The notes under the pieces: generated by a model | What the model saw: the letters and a program-made list of their open reading frames with translations, nothing else | What the model was told of the DNA's origin: nothing | Databases searched by the model: none | Made by a program: the position numbers and the translations under genes | IMG/VR virus record: IMGVR_UViG_3300037780_000029 | Location: 1 to 44,890 of that record | Direction: 5' to 3' (one strand) | DNA length: 44,890 nt | Origin: a virus | Lineage: Duplodnaviria > Caudoviricetes | Shown here: piece after piece, positions 1-9,472 of the stretch | Layout: every line of letters starts with the position of its first letter | Numbering within the stretch: position 1 is the first letter of the stretch

Positions 1-127
1 CATTTCAGTAAAAAAGGATAGATATGAAAATGGGATTTTTTTCACCGAGTTATAAACGTCCGGAAAAGTCATTGACTCAAAAAGCGTTTCCGTTCGTTAA
101 ATTGGTAGTGATGGAAAGTGAGGCGGA
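1..127. repeat. Terminal direct repeat, copy 1 (circular contig overlap)
   Basis: Identical to 44764-44890; 127 bp matches a common assembler k-mer size, so probably an assembly overlap. Confidence 0.95.
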
Positions 128-755
128 TGAGTACCGGAGGAATGGGAATGATATAGTAGTTTGTCCGGATGAAGCACAGGGGAATTTGTGCAGGGTAAGG
201 AACTGGATATTGGATGAAATGATGGGGGATTATGATGGGTTAGTTTTGATGGATGATGATATTTCCCGGATATTCGAATACCAGGACACAGAGAAAGTGT
301 ACATGAAGGGAGAGGATTGGATGGAGTTTTGTGAAATGATGGGGATTTTGTGCAGAGATGCGAATGTGTTTTTCTTCGGCATAAATCCGGCAAGTGATAA
401 GGGATCATACCGGGAGCATATGCCTTTTTCATTCACGGCTTATATTGGTGGGCCTATTCAGGGGTTTATGAAGGGGAACAGGTTGAGGTATGATGAGGGG
501 TTACCATTGAAAGAGGATTATGATATGAGCTTGCAGCAAGTACAGCATTATGGGTATGTGCTGAGAGCGAATTGGTGTTCGTTGGATGTAAAGCAGTCGG
601 AGCAGGAGGGCGGTTGTTCAACCTATCGGAATTTGGAAAAGGAAAAAGATCAGTTTTTTAAGTTGAGGAAAAAATGGGGATCAAAGTGGGTGAGGTATGA
701 TGGGAGCAGTAAAAGAGGATTTGATTACAATCCTATTATCAAATTTCCGTATTAA
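24..755 (+). CDS. GT-A fold glycosyltransferase, TET-associated glycosyltransferase (TAGT/GREB1-like) type
   Basis: N-terminal PSYKR, RNWILD, DxD motif in MDDDI, KEDYD and late GGC motifs typical of phage TAGT-like enzymes. Confidence 0.75.
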   Translation: MKMGFFSPSYKRPEKSLTQKAFPFVKLVVMESEADEYRRNGNDIVVCPDEAQGNLCRVRNWILDEMMGDYDGLVLMDDDISRIFEYQDTEKVYMKGEDWMEFCEMMGILCRDANVFFFGINPASDKGSYREHMPFSFTAYIGGPIQGFMKGNRLRYDEGLPLKEDYDMSLQQVQHYGYVLRANWCSLDVKQSEQEGGCSTYRNLEKEKDQFFKLRKKWGSKWVRYDGSSKRGFDYNPIIKFPY

Positions 756-767
756 AGATGAGAAGAG

Positions 768-1334
768 ATGGCAGGGAAAGAGATGAAAGAGATGAAAGAG
801 GTGATATTTAATGAGGAGACTTATTTGATACCATTGGTTAGAAAAGGAGTGATATTGAGTGATGAGGAGAAAATGAATGTTGCGGAAGTGGTTTGCATGA
901 TGTATGAAACTGATGAGTATTCGTTGGAGGAGTGTTTGCAGTATTGTGGGATCAGGAGCAAAAGTACATGGTGGAATTGGGTAAATAACGTCGAACCTAT
1001 TGAACGTCTTTATTTAAAAGCTCAAAAAATGAAGGATTTAACCTACTCCCACGGCTTAAAGAGGAGAGCCAGGACACTAGTGGAGAGGTTATTGGATGGA
1101 GGGATAATACAGGATTTGGAAGAGCAGGAGGCGGAGCCGGTGATTGGGCCGGGAAATGAGAGGAGGTTGGTGACAGTGAAGGTGAAGAGAAAGCAAGTGT
1201 TGATCAAGCCAAGTGCGGGGCTGATATTGTCAATATTGTATAACCATGATCCGGCATTGTTTGATAAGAATCCGGAGCCGATTGAGCAGATGAGTAAAGA
1301 GCTCAGCATTGAGCCAATTGAATGGGTGGAATAA
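768..1334 (+). CDS. terS: Terminase small subunit (putative)
   Basis: HTH-like segment (SLEECLQYCGIRSKSTWWNW), helical body, stop overlaps terL start (TAATG). Confidence 0.7.
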   Translation: MAGKEMKEMKEVIFNEETYLIPLVRKGVILSDEEKMNVAEVVCMMYETDEYSLEECLQYCGIRSKSTWWNWVNNVEPIERLYLKAQKMKDLTYSHGLKRRARTLVERLLDGGIIQDLEEQEAEPVIGPGNERRLVTVKVKRKQVLIKPSAGLILSILYNHDPALFDKNPEPIEQMSKELSIEPIEWVE

Positions 1335-2635
1335 TGGGAGTGAAGATCAACAAAATCTTTCAACCTTTATACACCAGCAAAAAGAGGTATTTTTTACTGA
1401 CTGGTGGGCGAGGATCGTTGAAATCATCAACGGTGCATGATTTTATAGCGAGGCTGACATATGAAAGAGGACACGGTGTTTTGTTCACGAGGTATACAAT
1501 GACATCTGCAGAGTTGTCAATCATTCCGGAATTTCAAATGACATTGGAAAGGTTGAAGATCGAGCAGGATTTTCACATTACCAGGAATGTGGTCACTAAT
1601 AAGCGGACGGGATCTTTTATTTATTTCTCCGGTATTCGGGCGCATGGTAAGGATCAGACCGGTAAATTGAAGTCTATTGCGGGGATTACGACATGGGTAG
1701 TGGAAGAGGGGGAGGATTTTAATGATGAAAATGCGTTCAATGTCATTGATGATTCAATACGGACAGCGGAAAAACAAAACAGGGTGATATGGATTCAGAA
1801 CCCTACGACTCGACAACATTTCATATACAAGAGATTCATAAAGCCGAGCAGTAGAAAGAGGATGATGATGGGGTATGATGTGACGGTGAGCAATCATCCG
1901 AAAATAGAGCACATTCACACCACGTATCATATTGCTGAAAAGTTAGGGTATCTGAGTAAGGATTGGCTGGATAAGGCAGAAGAGGCAAAGAGGCGTTTGG
2001 AGGAACAGATTGTGGAGATCAGAAATACATCAAATTCCGGAGATGTAAGATCAAAAATAAAGGAGGCTATATATGGATCGCATTATTACCTAAATTACAT
2101 CGGGGGATGGTTAGAGAGAGCCAAAGGGGCAATATTTGTGAATTGGATTGAGGGAGAGTTTGATGAGAGTGTGATTAAATGTTATGGGATGGATTATGGG
2201 TATTATCCGGACCCATTGGCTTTGATTGAGGTGGGAGTGGATAAGAAGAGGAGGAGGATTTATGTGAGGGAGAAAATTTATGCTACAGGAGTAGATGATG
2301 TGGGGGAAGCATTGGAGGGGGCGAAAGTGGGGTATTACAATATGATTGTAGCGGATACCAGTGAGCCGCGGACCACAAGACGGCTAAGAAAGAGAGGCTT
2401 TAATGTTGTCAAGGCAGTAAAGGAAAAGATTGCGGATGATATCAGGGAGATAAATACATGGGTGATTGTAGTTGATCCGGAGAGTGAGAACATAAAGATG
2501 GAGTTGAATGAGTATAAATGGAATGATAAAAAAGCATCGATTCCAATTGATGCCTTTAATCATTTGTTGGATGCAATGAGATATGCGTTTAACAGATTGG
2601 TGAAAGGGAAAAGATCAAAAGTTGTGGTATCTTAG
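1334..2635 (+). CDS. terL: Terminase large subunit, PBSX-like
   Basis: Walker A GGRGSLKS, Walker B WVVEE, QNP coupling motif, nuclease GMDYG and NHLLDAMRYA; ATG at 1334 preferred over 1322. Confidence 0.95.
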   Translation: MGVKINKIFQPLYTSKKRYFLLTGGRGSLKSSTVHDFIARLTYERGHGVLFTRYTMTSAELSIIPEFQMTLERLKIEQDFHITRNVVTNKRTGSFIYFSGIRAHGKDQTGKLKSIAGITTWVVEEGEDFNDENAFNVIDDSIRTAEKQNRVIWIQNPTTRQHFIYKRFIKPSSRKRMMMGYDVTVSNHPKIEHIHTTYHIAEKLGYLSKDWLDKAEEAKRRLEEQIVEIRNTSNSGDVRSKIKEAIYGSHYYLNYIGGWLERAKGAIFVNWIEGEFDESVIKCYGMDYGYYPDPLALIEVGVDKKRRRIYVREKIYATGVDDVGEALEGAKVGYYNMIVADTSEPRTTRRLRKRGFNVVKAVKEKIADDIREINTWVIVVDPESENIKMELNEYKWNDKKASIPIDAFNHLLDAMRYAFNRLVKGKRSKVVVS

Positions 2636-2682
2636 CGAGAGGAGTGTATGGATTTTATTCATTACTATTTGGTTTTAGTGTT

Positions 2683-2719
2683 GCCCGGATTATGAGCGTG
2701 ATCCGGGCTTTTTGTTTTT
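2683..2719 (+). terminator. Rho-independent terminator after terL
   Basis: GCCCGGATTA-tgagcg-TGATCCGGGC followed by TTTTTGTTTTT. Confidence 0.8.
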
Positions 2720-2761
2720 ATTTCCGAAAAAGGCTATATTTAAGCCGATTTTACTTACCAA

Positions 2762-2781
2762 CGCTTGAAGGAGCCAGAGCG
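2762..2781 (+). promoter_or_regulatory. 5'-leader hairpin with GAAGGAGCCA loop
   Basis: CGCTT/GAGCG stem, 10-nt loop, 16 nt before the ATG at 2798; loop matches that at 7153-7174. Confidence 0.5.
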
Positions 2782-2797
2782 AGCAAATTTATAAACC

Positions 2798-3442
2798 ATG
2801 CCAATTTGTGTATGCCCAAGGCCATCCGCTCCACCCAGCGTAACCCTTCCAGATTGTTTTGAAGACTTTGGACAGATCAATAAAATGCTGTTTCAAAGAA
2901 CCTATTCCACAGGGACCACAATGAATGTTTTTGAACTTCCTGCATCAGACCCGGCGTTGATTGCCAATTGGAGTCCGTTATTGATTGCCAATGATGGCAC
3001 GAAAGTGGTGCAGACTCCTTTCGTTGCGAGTGTTACAAACACACCGGGTGATCCGCGTACCGTTGGAGGTGGGAATGATTCAGTAGGGGGAGTGGAAGAG
3101 ATCAGGGGAGCAAACCCGGATTTGTTTGAGGGGCAGTTTTATCAAATTCCACAGGCTGTTGCTAAGGAGATATCGGGATGGATGTGTGAGGAGTTGAGTG
3201 TGTATCTGATCAATGAGAAAAACCAAATAGGTGGCATCATTGATGATCACGATTCACCTGGAGAATTCCGTGGTATACCGATTGCGCGGAAAACGTTTTT
3301 TATTGGCTCCAAAGGATTCGGCGGGTTTGATAACCGTGATGCAAATGCATTCCGGTTCCAAGTTATCCCGGAGATTATGTTTGATTTCCATGTGATATCT
3401 CCAACGGATTTCCGACCATTGGACCGCCTTCCAACATCGTAA
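2798..3442 (+). CDS. Putative major tail (tube) protein
   Basis: 214 aa, Gly/Pro/beta-rich, N-terminal CxC..C.EDFGQI.K..FQR pattern recalled from Bacteroidota siphophage structural proteins; no other tube candidate in the tail module. Confidence 0.5.
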   Translation: MPICVCPRPSAPPSVTLPDCFEDFGQINKMLFQRTYSTGTTMNVFELPASDPALIANWSPLLIANDGTKVVQTPFVASVTNTPGDPRTVGGGNDSVGGVEEIRGANPDLFEGQFYQIPQAVAKEISGWMCEELSVYLINEKNQIGGIIDDHDSPGEFRGIPIARKTFFIGSKGFGGFDNRDANAFRFQVIPEIMFDFHVISPTDFRPLDRLPTS

Positions 3443-3444
3443 TT

Positions 3445-3690
3445 ATGAGCAAGGAGAAAGTTTTTTTAATCCACCCGCACACGGGGGAGAGTGTACCATT
3501 TGATCCGGACCATGCTGATCGCCTTATGGGGATGAGGGGTAACGGAGGATGGTCATGGCCCAAAGAGGTGAAGGGTAGCCGGAAGAGGCAGAAAAAAACT
3601 ACAAAAAACCAAACGAGTGCTGAGCTTAGAACAAATAAAGCAGAGGTTGGAGACTCAACCGCAAAAGAGGAAGATTGCGGATGTGGTTAA
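3445..3690 (+). CDS. Small hypothetical protein before portal
   Basis: Tightly packed ORF with HADRLM.M..NGGW motif; last 74 nt overlap the portal start. Confidence 0.6.
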   Translation: MSKEKVFLIHPHTGESVPFDPDHADRLMGMRGNGGWSWPKEVKGSRKRQKKTTKNQTSAELRTNKAEVGDSTAKEEDCGCG

Positions 3691-5578
3691 GTATGAGGCC
3701 CGGATTCGTTTTCATTCTGATCCGAGGATAAATACCGATATCTTAGAGACTCAGGCAACCAGTTTTTTCGCCTTTGTGGAATCATTGATTTCACAGAATA
3801 AATTTGATGTATTCAGGGCGTTATATCGTCACCCATCGAAATCGGTGGAGCTGGTGGATCAGATTTATGCCTTTTGCGAAAAAGTGTTTTATGGTAAGGA
3901 TGCAGTGACACAGTATTTTTTCAAAAGTGAAAGTGCTGCGGAGCGTTGGGACCTTTACCGAGTTCAGAAACTCAAAGCTACAAGCAGATGGAAAGAGGAT
4001 GGGATTGGTAACCTAAAGAGTAGGCCCAATTCCGTCCTCATTGTGGATATGCCGGAGGATTCAGATGAGGCATATTGGTATTGGTTGGACTTCCGGCATG
4101 TGATTGATTATGAATTGGAGAGTGATGGAGTACAGTTTAAACATATCATTTTCGAACAGGAAGGTGATAAATTGGCTGTGTTTGATCAGGATTCAATAAG
4201 GATATTTAATTACAAGGATAAGAAGTTAGGAGAGCTGTTGAAGGAATTCCGGCATGATTTAGGGTATTGCCTGGCAAGGTTCAGCGTTTCAAAGAGCGTG
4301 AGTTTGTCAGAGAAGCATATCAAAGTAAACCCTATTTCGAACCAATTGGGAGAGTTGGATTGGTATTTGTTCTTTGCTGTTAGTGAGAGGCATTTGGATT
4401 TGCATGGCCCATGGCCTATTTATTGGGGGTTTATTACCGATTGTGAATATCGAACGGCTGACAACAGCAGAGAGGGCTTTGTTTATTGCCATCGTGGTTT
4501 TCTCCGGAGAGAGGAGGATAACACGTATGTGATGAGCAGAGAGGGGAGCCGGGGGCATGGTTATTCACCTAAGCCTTGCCCGGTATGTAGTCAAAAGAGA
4601 ATTAATGGCCCGGGATCATTTGTGGGCGTTTCTCCACCTGATCCGGATAATGAGGGGGCGAACCTGAGAGAGCCGGTGGGGTTTGTTGGTGTTGATCGGG
4701 CAAGTTTGGACTATGTTACAGAGAAGAGGAAAAAATATGCCTTAGACATCTATCAGAGCGCTACGGGATATGGTGGAGAGCCAATCAATGATCAGGCTGT
4801 AAATGAAAAGCAGGTAATGGCTTCATTTGAGAGCCGGGCGCAGATGTTGAGGAACCTGAAAAAAGAATTTGAGGGAGCACAAAAATGGGTAGAGGAAACC
4901 ATTTGCCGGTTGATGTTCCCGAATGATTTTGTTTCCGCTCATATTGATTATGGGACGGAATGGTATTTGGTGGATTCCGGAGAGATATTGGACCGGTATA
5001 TGGAGCTGAGAGGAGAGGCGGGAGATATCGCATTGGATCGAATATTGAAGGATTACTATGAGACTAAGAACCGGAATAATCCGGAGGAATTGGCGAGGAT
5101 TCGGGTGATGAATGATTTGGAGCCGATGAGGCATGTAAGCAAAAAAGAGGCGAGTGATCTGTATAAAGATGGGCATATAGGGGCGATTGATTATGTATTG
5201 AAATTGAGGTTTAGTGATTTGATTGCGGAGTTTGAGCGGAAGAATCAAAAGGTACATTTGTTCGGTGTGGAGCTGGATTACAATGAAAGGATAAAAAGGA
5301 TCAGAGAGGAAATGGTGAGGTATGTTGAGGAAAATATGGTGGTAAAGAGTGAGGATCAATTACAGGATAAAATGAATGTGTATGGGGTGGCAGTACGGGC
5401 AGGGGCGGTAACTCCTCAGAGCCAGGATGAGGAATATTTTAGGCAAAGGATGGGAGTACCGGGAATGAGCCAGGAAGCGCGTACAGCGTGGGATGATGGG
5501 GGGAACATCCGGAGGCCGGTTACCTTGAAAAGTGAGGTAGAAATTGAGAAAGAAATTGATGACAATAGTAATCAATAA
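3617..5578 (+). CDS. Portal protein (putative)
   Basis: 653 aa between terminase and scaffold/capsid; Cys-cluster insertion (CEY..CHRG..CPVC); GTG start with A-rich leader. Confidence 0.75.
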   Translation: MLSLEQIKQRLETQPQKRKIADVVKYEARIRFHSDPRINTDILETQATSFFAFVESLISQNKFDVFRALYRHPSKSVELVDQIYAFCEKVFYGKDAVTQYFFKSESAAERWDLYRVQKLKATSRWKEDGIGNLKSRPNSVLIVDMPEDSDEAYWYWLDFRHVIDYELESDGVQFKHIIFEQEGDKLAVFDQDSIRIFNYKDKKLGELLKEFRHDLGYCLARFSVSKSVSLSEKHIKVNPISNQLGELDWYLFFAVSERHLDLHGPWPIYWGFITDCEYRTADNSREGFVYCHRGFLRREEDNTYVMSREGSRGHGYSPKPCPVCSQKRINGPGSFVGVSPPDPDNEGANLREPVGFVGVDRASLDYVTEKRKKYALDIYQSATGYGGEPINDQAVNEKQVMASFESRAQMLRNLKKEFEGAQKWVEETICRLMFPNDFVSAHIDYGTEWYLVDSGEILDRYMELRGEAGDIALDRILKDYYETKNRNNPEELARIRVMNDLEPMRHVSKKEASDLYKDGHIGAIDYVLKLRFSDLIAEFERKNQKVHLFGVELDYNERIKRIREEMVRYVEENMVVKSEDQLQDKMNVYGVAVRAGAVTPQSQDEEYFRQRMGVPGMSQEARTAWDDGGNIRRPVTLKSEVEIEKEIDDNSNQ

Positions 5579-5592
5579 CCTTTAAATAATTT

Positions 5593-6129
5593 GTGATGTC
5601 AAAGAAGCAGAATTTGGAAGTAGTGAAGGACTTGTATGAGGCCGGACTATATACGGAGGAGGAAATTGTGGATATGTGTGTGGACCGGATGGGAGTACAG
5701 GAGAACACGGTGCGTGGGTATGTAGCGGAGTTGAAAGAATCTGGGCAGATCAAGGTTGATAAGGTGATCAAAGATGATCAGGGTGATGAAGAAAAAAAAG
5801 TGATTGCCGGAGTGAAGCCGGATGAAAAGAGCGTATTGCAGAAATTGCTGGACAATGATGTGGATGCGATGGTGAGAGGCTTCAATAAAGATGAGATTGA
5901 GTATGAAGTGCCGGAGGGAGAGGAAAAGGATGTGCATGTGCTTCAGGAGGTTGTGACATATGATCAGGAATTGCCGCCAAACAAAGTGAGCAAACCCCGG
6001 ATTCAAAAATACAATCCCAAAGCATGGCGGAATTTTGCGCGGTACGCCGGCAGTATGGGGATGATCATTCATAAAGTTCTCCATCTTCCGGAAGGGGTGC
6101 CAGATTACAATGAGATCAAAAAGCTTTAA
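5593..6129 (+). CDS. Hypothetical head-module protein
   Basis: Acidic ORF between portal and scaffold with genome-typical codon usage. Confidence 0.6.
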   Translation: MMSKKQNLEVVKDLYEAGLYTEEEIVDMCVDRMGVQENTVRGYVAELKESGQIKVDKVIKDDQGDEEKKVIAGVKPDEKSVLQKLLDNDVDAMVRGFNKDEIEYEVPEGEEKDVHVLQEVVTYDQELPPNKVSKPRIQKYNPKAWRNFARYAGSMGMIIHKVLHLPEGVPDYNEIKKL

Positions 6130-6159
6130 TTTTTTCACCACATAAAAAGATGTTAAAAG

Positions 6160-7134
6160 ATGGCATTGACAAGGGATAACATATTGGAGCAATCAGCGCT
6201 TAAAGGTCTTACTGATGATCAGATAGGGGCCATTGTTTCATTGAGTCAAAATGATGAGCGCAGTGTAGTTGAGCGGGCTGTGAAAGATAACACGGCTGAG
6301 CATTGGAACCGGCTTGATCAGGATATCAAAGAGGTATTTGGGCAAGAGAAAGACCGGACGGTGAAGTCGTGGGAAATGTTGAAACAGGTGCTAACGGAGG
6401 CTAAGAATTCCGCCGCAGGGAGCCAGGAGTTGAAAGATCAGGTCACAAGCCTGACGGAAGAGAGAGACCGTTTAAAAGCTGACCTAGAAAAAGGTGGCGG
6501 AGACCAAGTTGTGGCAGACCTGAGGAAGCAATTGAATGACAAGGAGAGTGAATTGAAAAAGGTGAGAGATCAGTTAGGAGAGGTTGAAAATGATTACCAA
6601 AAGAAGCTCACCGAAAAAGATGATGCATTAGACCGGTTCAAATTCGAACAGGAGATTTATGGTGGGCTGAATGGAATCGAGTACAATGAGAATATACCCA
6701 AAACGATCCGGGAGCGAGAGGTGCGGTTTGTGGTGGAGGATGTTATGAACAAGTACAAAAGGGATTGGATCAATGATGGGGAGAATAAAGTGCCAGTTTT
6801 CCGGGATCAGGATGGGAATATTGTGACGGACCCTAAAAACCTGAATAAGCCAATGAGCCCTTTTGAATTGGTCAAAAAGAACTTGACAGATTTGATCAAA
6901 GTGGATGGCGGTAATGGAGGGAAAGGTCAGGGAGGAGGAGGAACGGAGCCGCCTGCAGGTGGAGGCCAAAGCAGTATTGTGTTGGATCGTCAACCAAAGA
7001 CTCAGCGAGAAGCGACTGAGTTGATACATGAAGCATTGATGAGGGCAGGAATTGCCGCTGATTCGCCGGAGTATTCAAAAAAGATGCGAGAGGAGTATGA
7101 GGGGATGAATGTGAGTGATCTCCCATTGCGATAA
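6160..7134 (+). CDS. Capsid scaffolding protein (putative)
   Basis: Long coiled coil, Gly-rich linker, short helical C-terminus, directly upstream of the capsid gene. Confidence 0.7.
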   Translation: MALTRDNILEQSALKGLTDDQIGAIVSLSQNDERSVVERAVKDNTAEHWNRLDQDIKEVFGQEKDRTVKSWEMLKQVLTEAKNSAAGSQELKDQVTSLTEERDRLKADLEKGGGDQVVADLRKQLNDKESELKKVRDQLGEVENDYQKKLTEKDDALDRFKFEQEIYGGLNGIEYNENIPKTIREREVRFVVEDVMNKYKRDWINDGENKVPVFRDQDGNIVTDPKNLNKPMSPFELVKKNLTDLIKVDGGNGGKGQGGGGTEPPAGGGQSSIVLDRQPKTQREATELIHEALMRAGIAADSPEYSKKMREEYEGMNVSDLPLR

Positions 7135-7152
7135 ATGAATTTTTTTAAAATC

Positions 7153-7174
7153 AAGCGCGAAAGGGCCAGCGCTT
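7153..7174 (+). promoter_or_regulatory. 5'-leader hairpin with GAAAGGGCCA loop
   Basis: Perfect AAGCGC/GCGCTT stem, 10-nt loop, 14 nt before the capsid ATG at 7189. Confidence 0.55.
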
Positions 7175-7188
7175 AAAATCAATTGATA

Positions 7189-8232
7189 ATGAGTTTAGCG
7201 AACACGCTGGCGCTTAATTTCATAGGAGATGCGCCGGAATTTGACAAAAACGAATTCAGAGTAACGAGTGCGGGAGCATTCAATACTTTCATGCGCCAAA
7301 ATGGCTCCGGATGGATCACTGATGATCTTCGGCAGAAGGTGATGGCATCATTTGGTAACACGGTTCAGATACCCGCGATTCAGTACAAAGATGTAACGAT
7401 TCGGAGTACTCGACCTTTGGTGATTCCTGCAGATGAAAATACCAGTGTATTGTATACCATCACATACAGTACGCTTGCGTATGGATTCAAGATGTACCCG
7501 ATGCAGCACCATAACAACATGATTTCCTATCAGCAGGATTGGAATAAGAAATTCCGGGCTATGATTGTGAAGATGATGACGACTTTGGAGGGCCTGGCTG
7601 TTGCGAAGTTGGATGCGGAAAAGACTCAGGTGATCGGAGAGGTCACAGGAGGCCATACGTTTTCCGGGAATGTGGTGAGTGAGACAGGATTGAGTGAGCT
7701 TGCGAAGAGCTACATTTTGGCTGACCTTTCGCCAATGATGCAGAGCAATGACTATTATGGTCTGACCTTTGATGTGATTGGCAATCAGGGGTATCAATCC
7801 GTACTGAACCGGCTGGCGGGCTTTTCTGATGCGAACTATGAAAACCGGGCCATTCAATTTCAGAACAAGATGTTCCATTTTTCCAATGAGATCGCCAATG
7901 CTGTGGGTAAGTCTGCAACGGGCTTTGCTGTTGCTGATGGAAACCTGGGTATTGTTACCCGGGTGGAGCCGGATTCATTGTATGGAACCCGTTTGCCAAA
8001 TGGCCATGAATGGTCTACGGTAGAGGTGCCTGGAATCGGTTTGCCGTTTGGATCGTATTACTACACCAAAGAGGTGGATGCAAGTGGTTTGCATGCCGGT
8101 ACAAGCGGTTTGAGCCGTACCACAGAGGAGGCGTTTGATTGGGCGATTGACATTGCGCTTTTGACCCCTTACAATTCTGACGCGGCAACAATCCCAACTC
8201 CTATTATCAAATTTGATTTGGAGACTGCGTAA
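7189..8232 (+). CDS. Major capsid protein
   Basis: 347 aa after scaffold; GNTVQIP motif typical of HK97-fold capsids; followed by two terminators. Confidence 0.8.
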   Translation: MSLANTLALNFIGDAPEFDKNEFRVTSAGAFNTFMRQNGSGWITDDLRQKVMASFGNTVQIPAIQYKDVTIRSTRPLVIPADENTSVLYTITYSTLAYGFKMYPMQHHNNMISYQQDWNKKFRAMIVKMMTTLEGLAVAKLDAEKTQVIGEVTGGHTFSGNVVSETGLSELAKSYILADLSPMMQSNDYYGLTFDVIGNQGYQSVLNRLAGFSDANYENRAIQFQNKMFHFSNEIANAVGKSATGFAVADGNLGIVTRVEPDSLYGTRLPNGHEWSTVEVPGIGLPFGSYYYTKEVDASGLHAGTSGLSRTTEEAFDWAIDIALLTPYNSDAATIPTPIIKFDLETA

Positions 8233-8241
8233 GCTGAGATG

Positions 8242-8276
8242 AAGAGGTGGAGGCGTGATTTGTCTCCATCTCTTTT
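8242..8276 (+). terminator. Terminator after capsid gene (first)
   Basis: AAGAGGTGGAGGC...GTCTCCATCTCTT stem running into T residues. Confidence 0.65.
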
Positions 8277-8306
8277 ATACCACTAATGCCATCCTTTTTA
8301 TCCTTT

Positions 8307-8334
8307 GCAGTCACCAAGTCAGGTGGCTGCTTTT
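8307..8334 (+). terminator. Terminator after capsid gene (second)
   Basis: GCAGTCACC-aagtca-GGTGGCTGC-TTTT. Confidence 0.6.
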
Positions 8335-8347
8335 AATCGTTTGAGAG

Positions 8348-9472
8348 ATGATCAAAGAGAGTTTAATTAAGAGCGAGTTATTGAGCCTTATCGGATGGAG
8401 GCAAAATGAAGATTCGAATGGTGTACAGATCGGAGCGGAATTATTGAATAGCGATAGTGGAATGTATTACAATGATTATCATCCATTATTGACGGTTGAT
8501 AAATTGGTAAGCCTTTGCCCTGATCTGATGATTTTAGGGAGTAATGCAACAGAGAGAAATGAAGCGTTTACCAAGTGGTTAAAGGAAAAGACAGAGGGAG
8601 GGATTGTGAAAGCGTTGTATGATTGGGTTAATGAGAAGTTGGTGAAACAAAGTGCGCGGAGTGTGTTGGGGAGATCGCAGTTGTGGGCGGTTAGCGCAGG
8701 AGTGAAGGAATTGGATATCAACAGAGGTGAATGGGCTGGAATAGAATTAGTGCCGATCCGTAGCCGGGAGCTTTTGGTGTGCCTGGAAGATATTGGCATC
8801 CAGTTGAGCGAAAATCAAAATGTCACGTTACGGTTATTCAATTCATATACTGCGGAAGAGGTGGAAAATGTGGTAGTGAATTACCAGGGCAATGGAGGTA
8901 TGCAGTGGGAAAAGGTGCGGTGGGAGTTGAGTGGAGAGGGGAGTTACTATGTGGTTTATGATCAAAGTGAAATTAGTGGTATGTCAGTAAATGGCATGGG
9001 TGATCGTTTTCAGTTGACGATGCAGGGGAAAGTATTGCCTGCTCCGGATATGTTATTGGCATCGCCGTTCGTGGTGGAGAGAGAGGATGGGAATTTGTGG
9101 GATTTGACAAAAATGGAGTATCAATACAGCAGTAATATGGGGATCAATATGAGATACAGTGTAAGGTGTGATTACACGGGCTTTATTCTGGATAACCGGG
9201 AAGTGTTCACGGAGTTGATTGGATTGCATGTTGCATCGATTCTATTAAACCAGTATCTCCACAATGCGGATGGGAGGTTAAACAGAGGAGAGGCGATGAT
9301 TGACCGGGAGTTATTGATGTTTGAGCTTCATGGGAATGAGGGGGACAAGGATAAAGGAGGATTGATAAATGAGAGGATCAAGGCAAGGAATGGGATCAGG
9401 TTGGATAACAGCTCATTGGATAAGGTTTGCCTGCCATGTAAGAAACCGAGGATTGAATATGGAGTGATATGA
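8348..9472 (+). CDS. Virion structural protein (head-tail adaptor region)
   Basis: Position after capsid; C-terminal CLPC; function by synteny only. Confidence 0.55.
   Translation: MIKESLIKSELLSLIGWRQNEDSNGVQIGAELLNSDSGMYYNDYHPLLTVDKLVSLCPDLMILGSNATERNEAFTKWLKEKTEGGIVKALYDWVNEKLVKQSARSVLGRSQLWAVSAGVKELDINRGEWAGIELVPIRSRELLVCLEDIGIQLSENQNVTLRLFNSYTAEEVENVVVNYQGNGGMQWEKVRWELSGEGSYYVVYDQSEISGMSVNGMGDRFQLTMQGKVLPAPDMLLASPFVVEREDGNLWDLTKMEYQYSSNMGINMRYSVRCDYTGFILDNREVFTELIGLHVASILLNQYLHNADGRLNRGEAMIDRELLMFELHGNEGDKDKGGLINERIKARNGIRLDNSSLDKVCLPCKKPRIEYGVI

Noticed and set aside
2644-2862. 72-aa + ORF after terL
   Set aside because: Runs through a terminator and leader hairpin and overlaps the next gene out of frame
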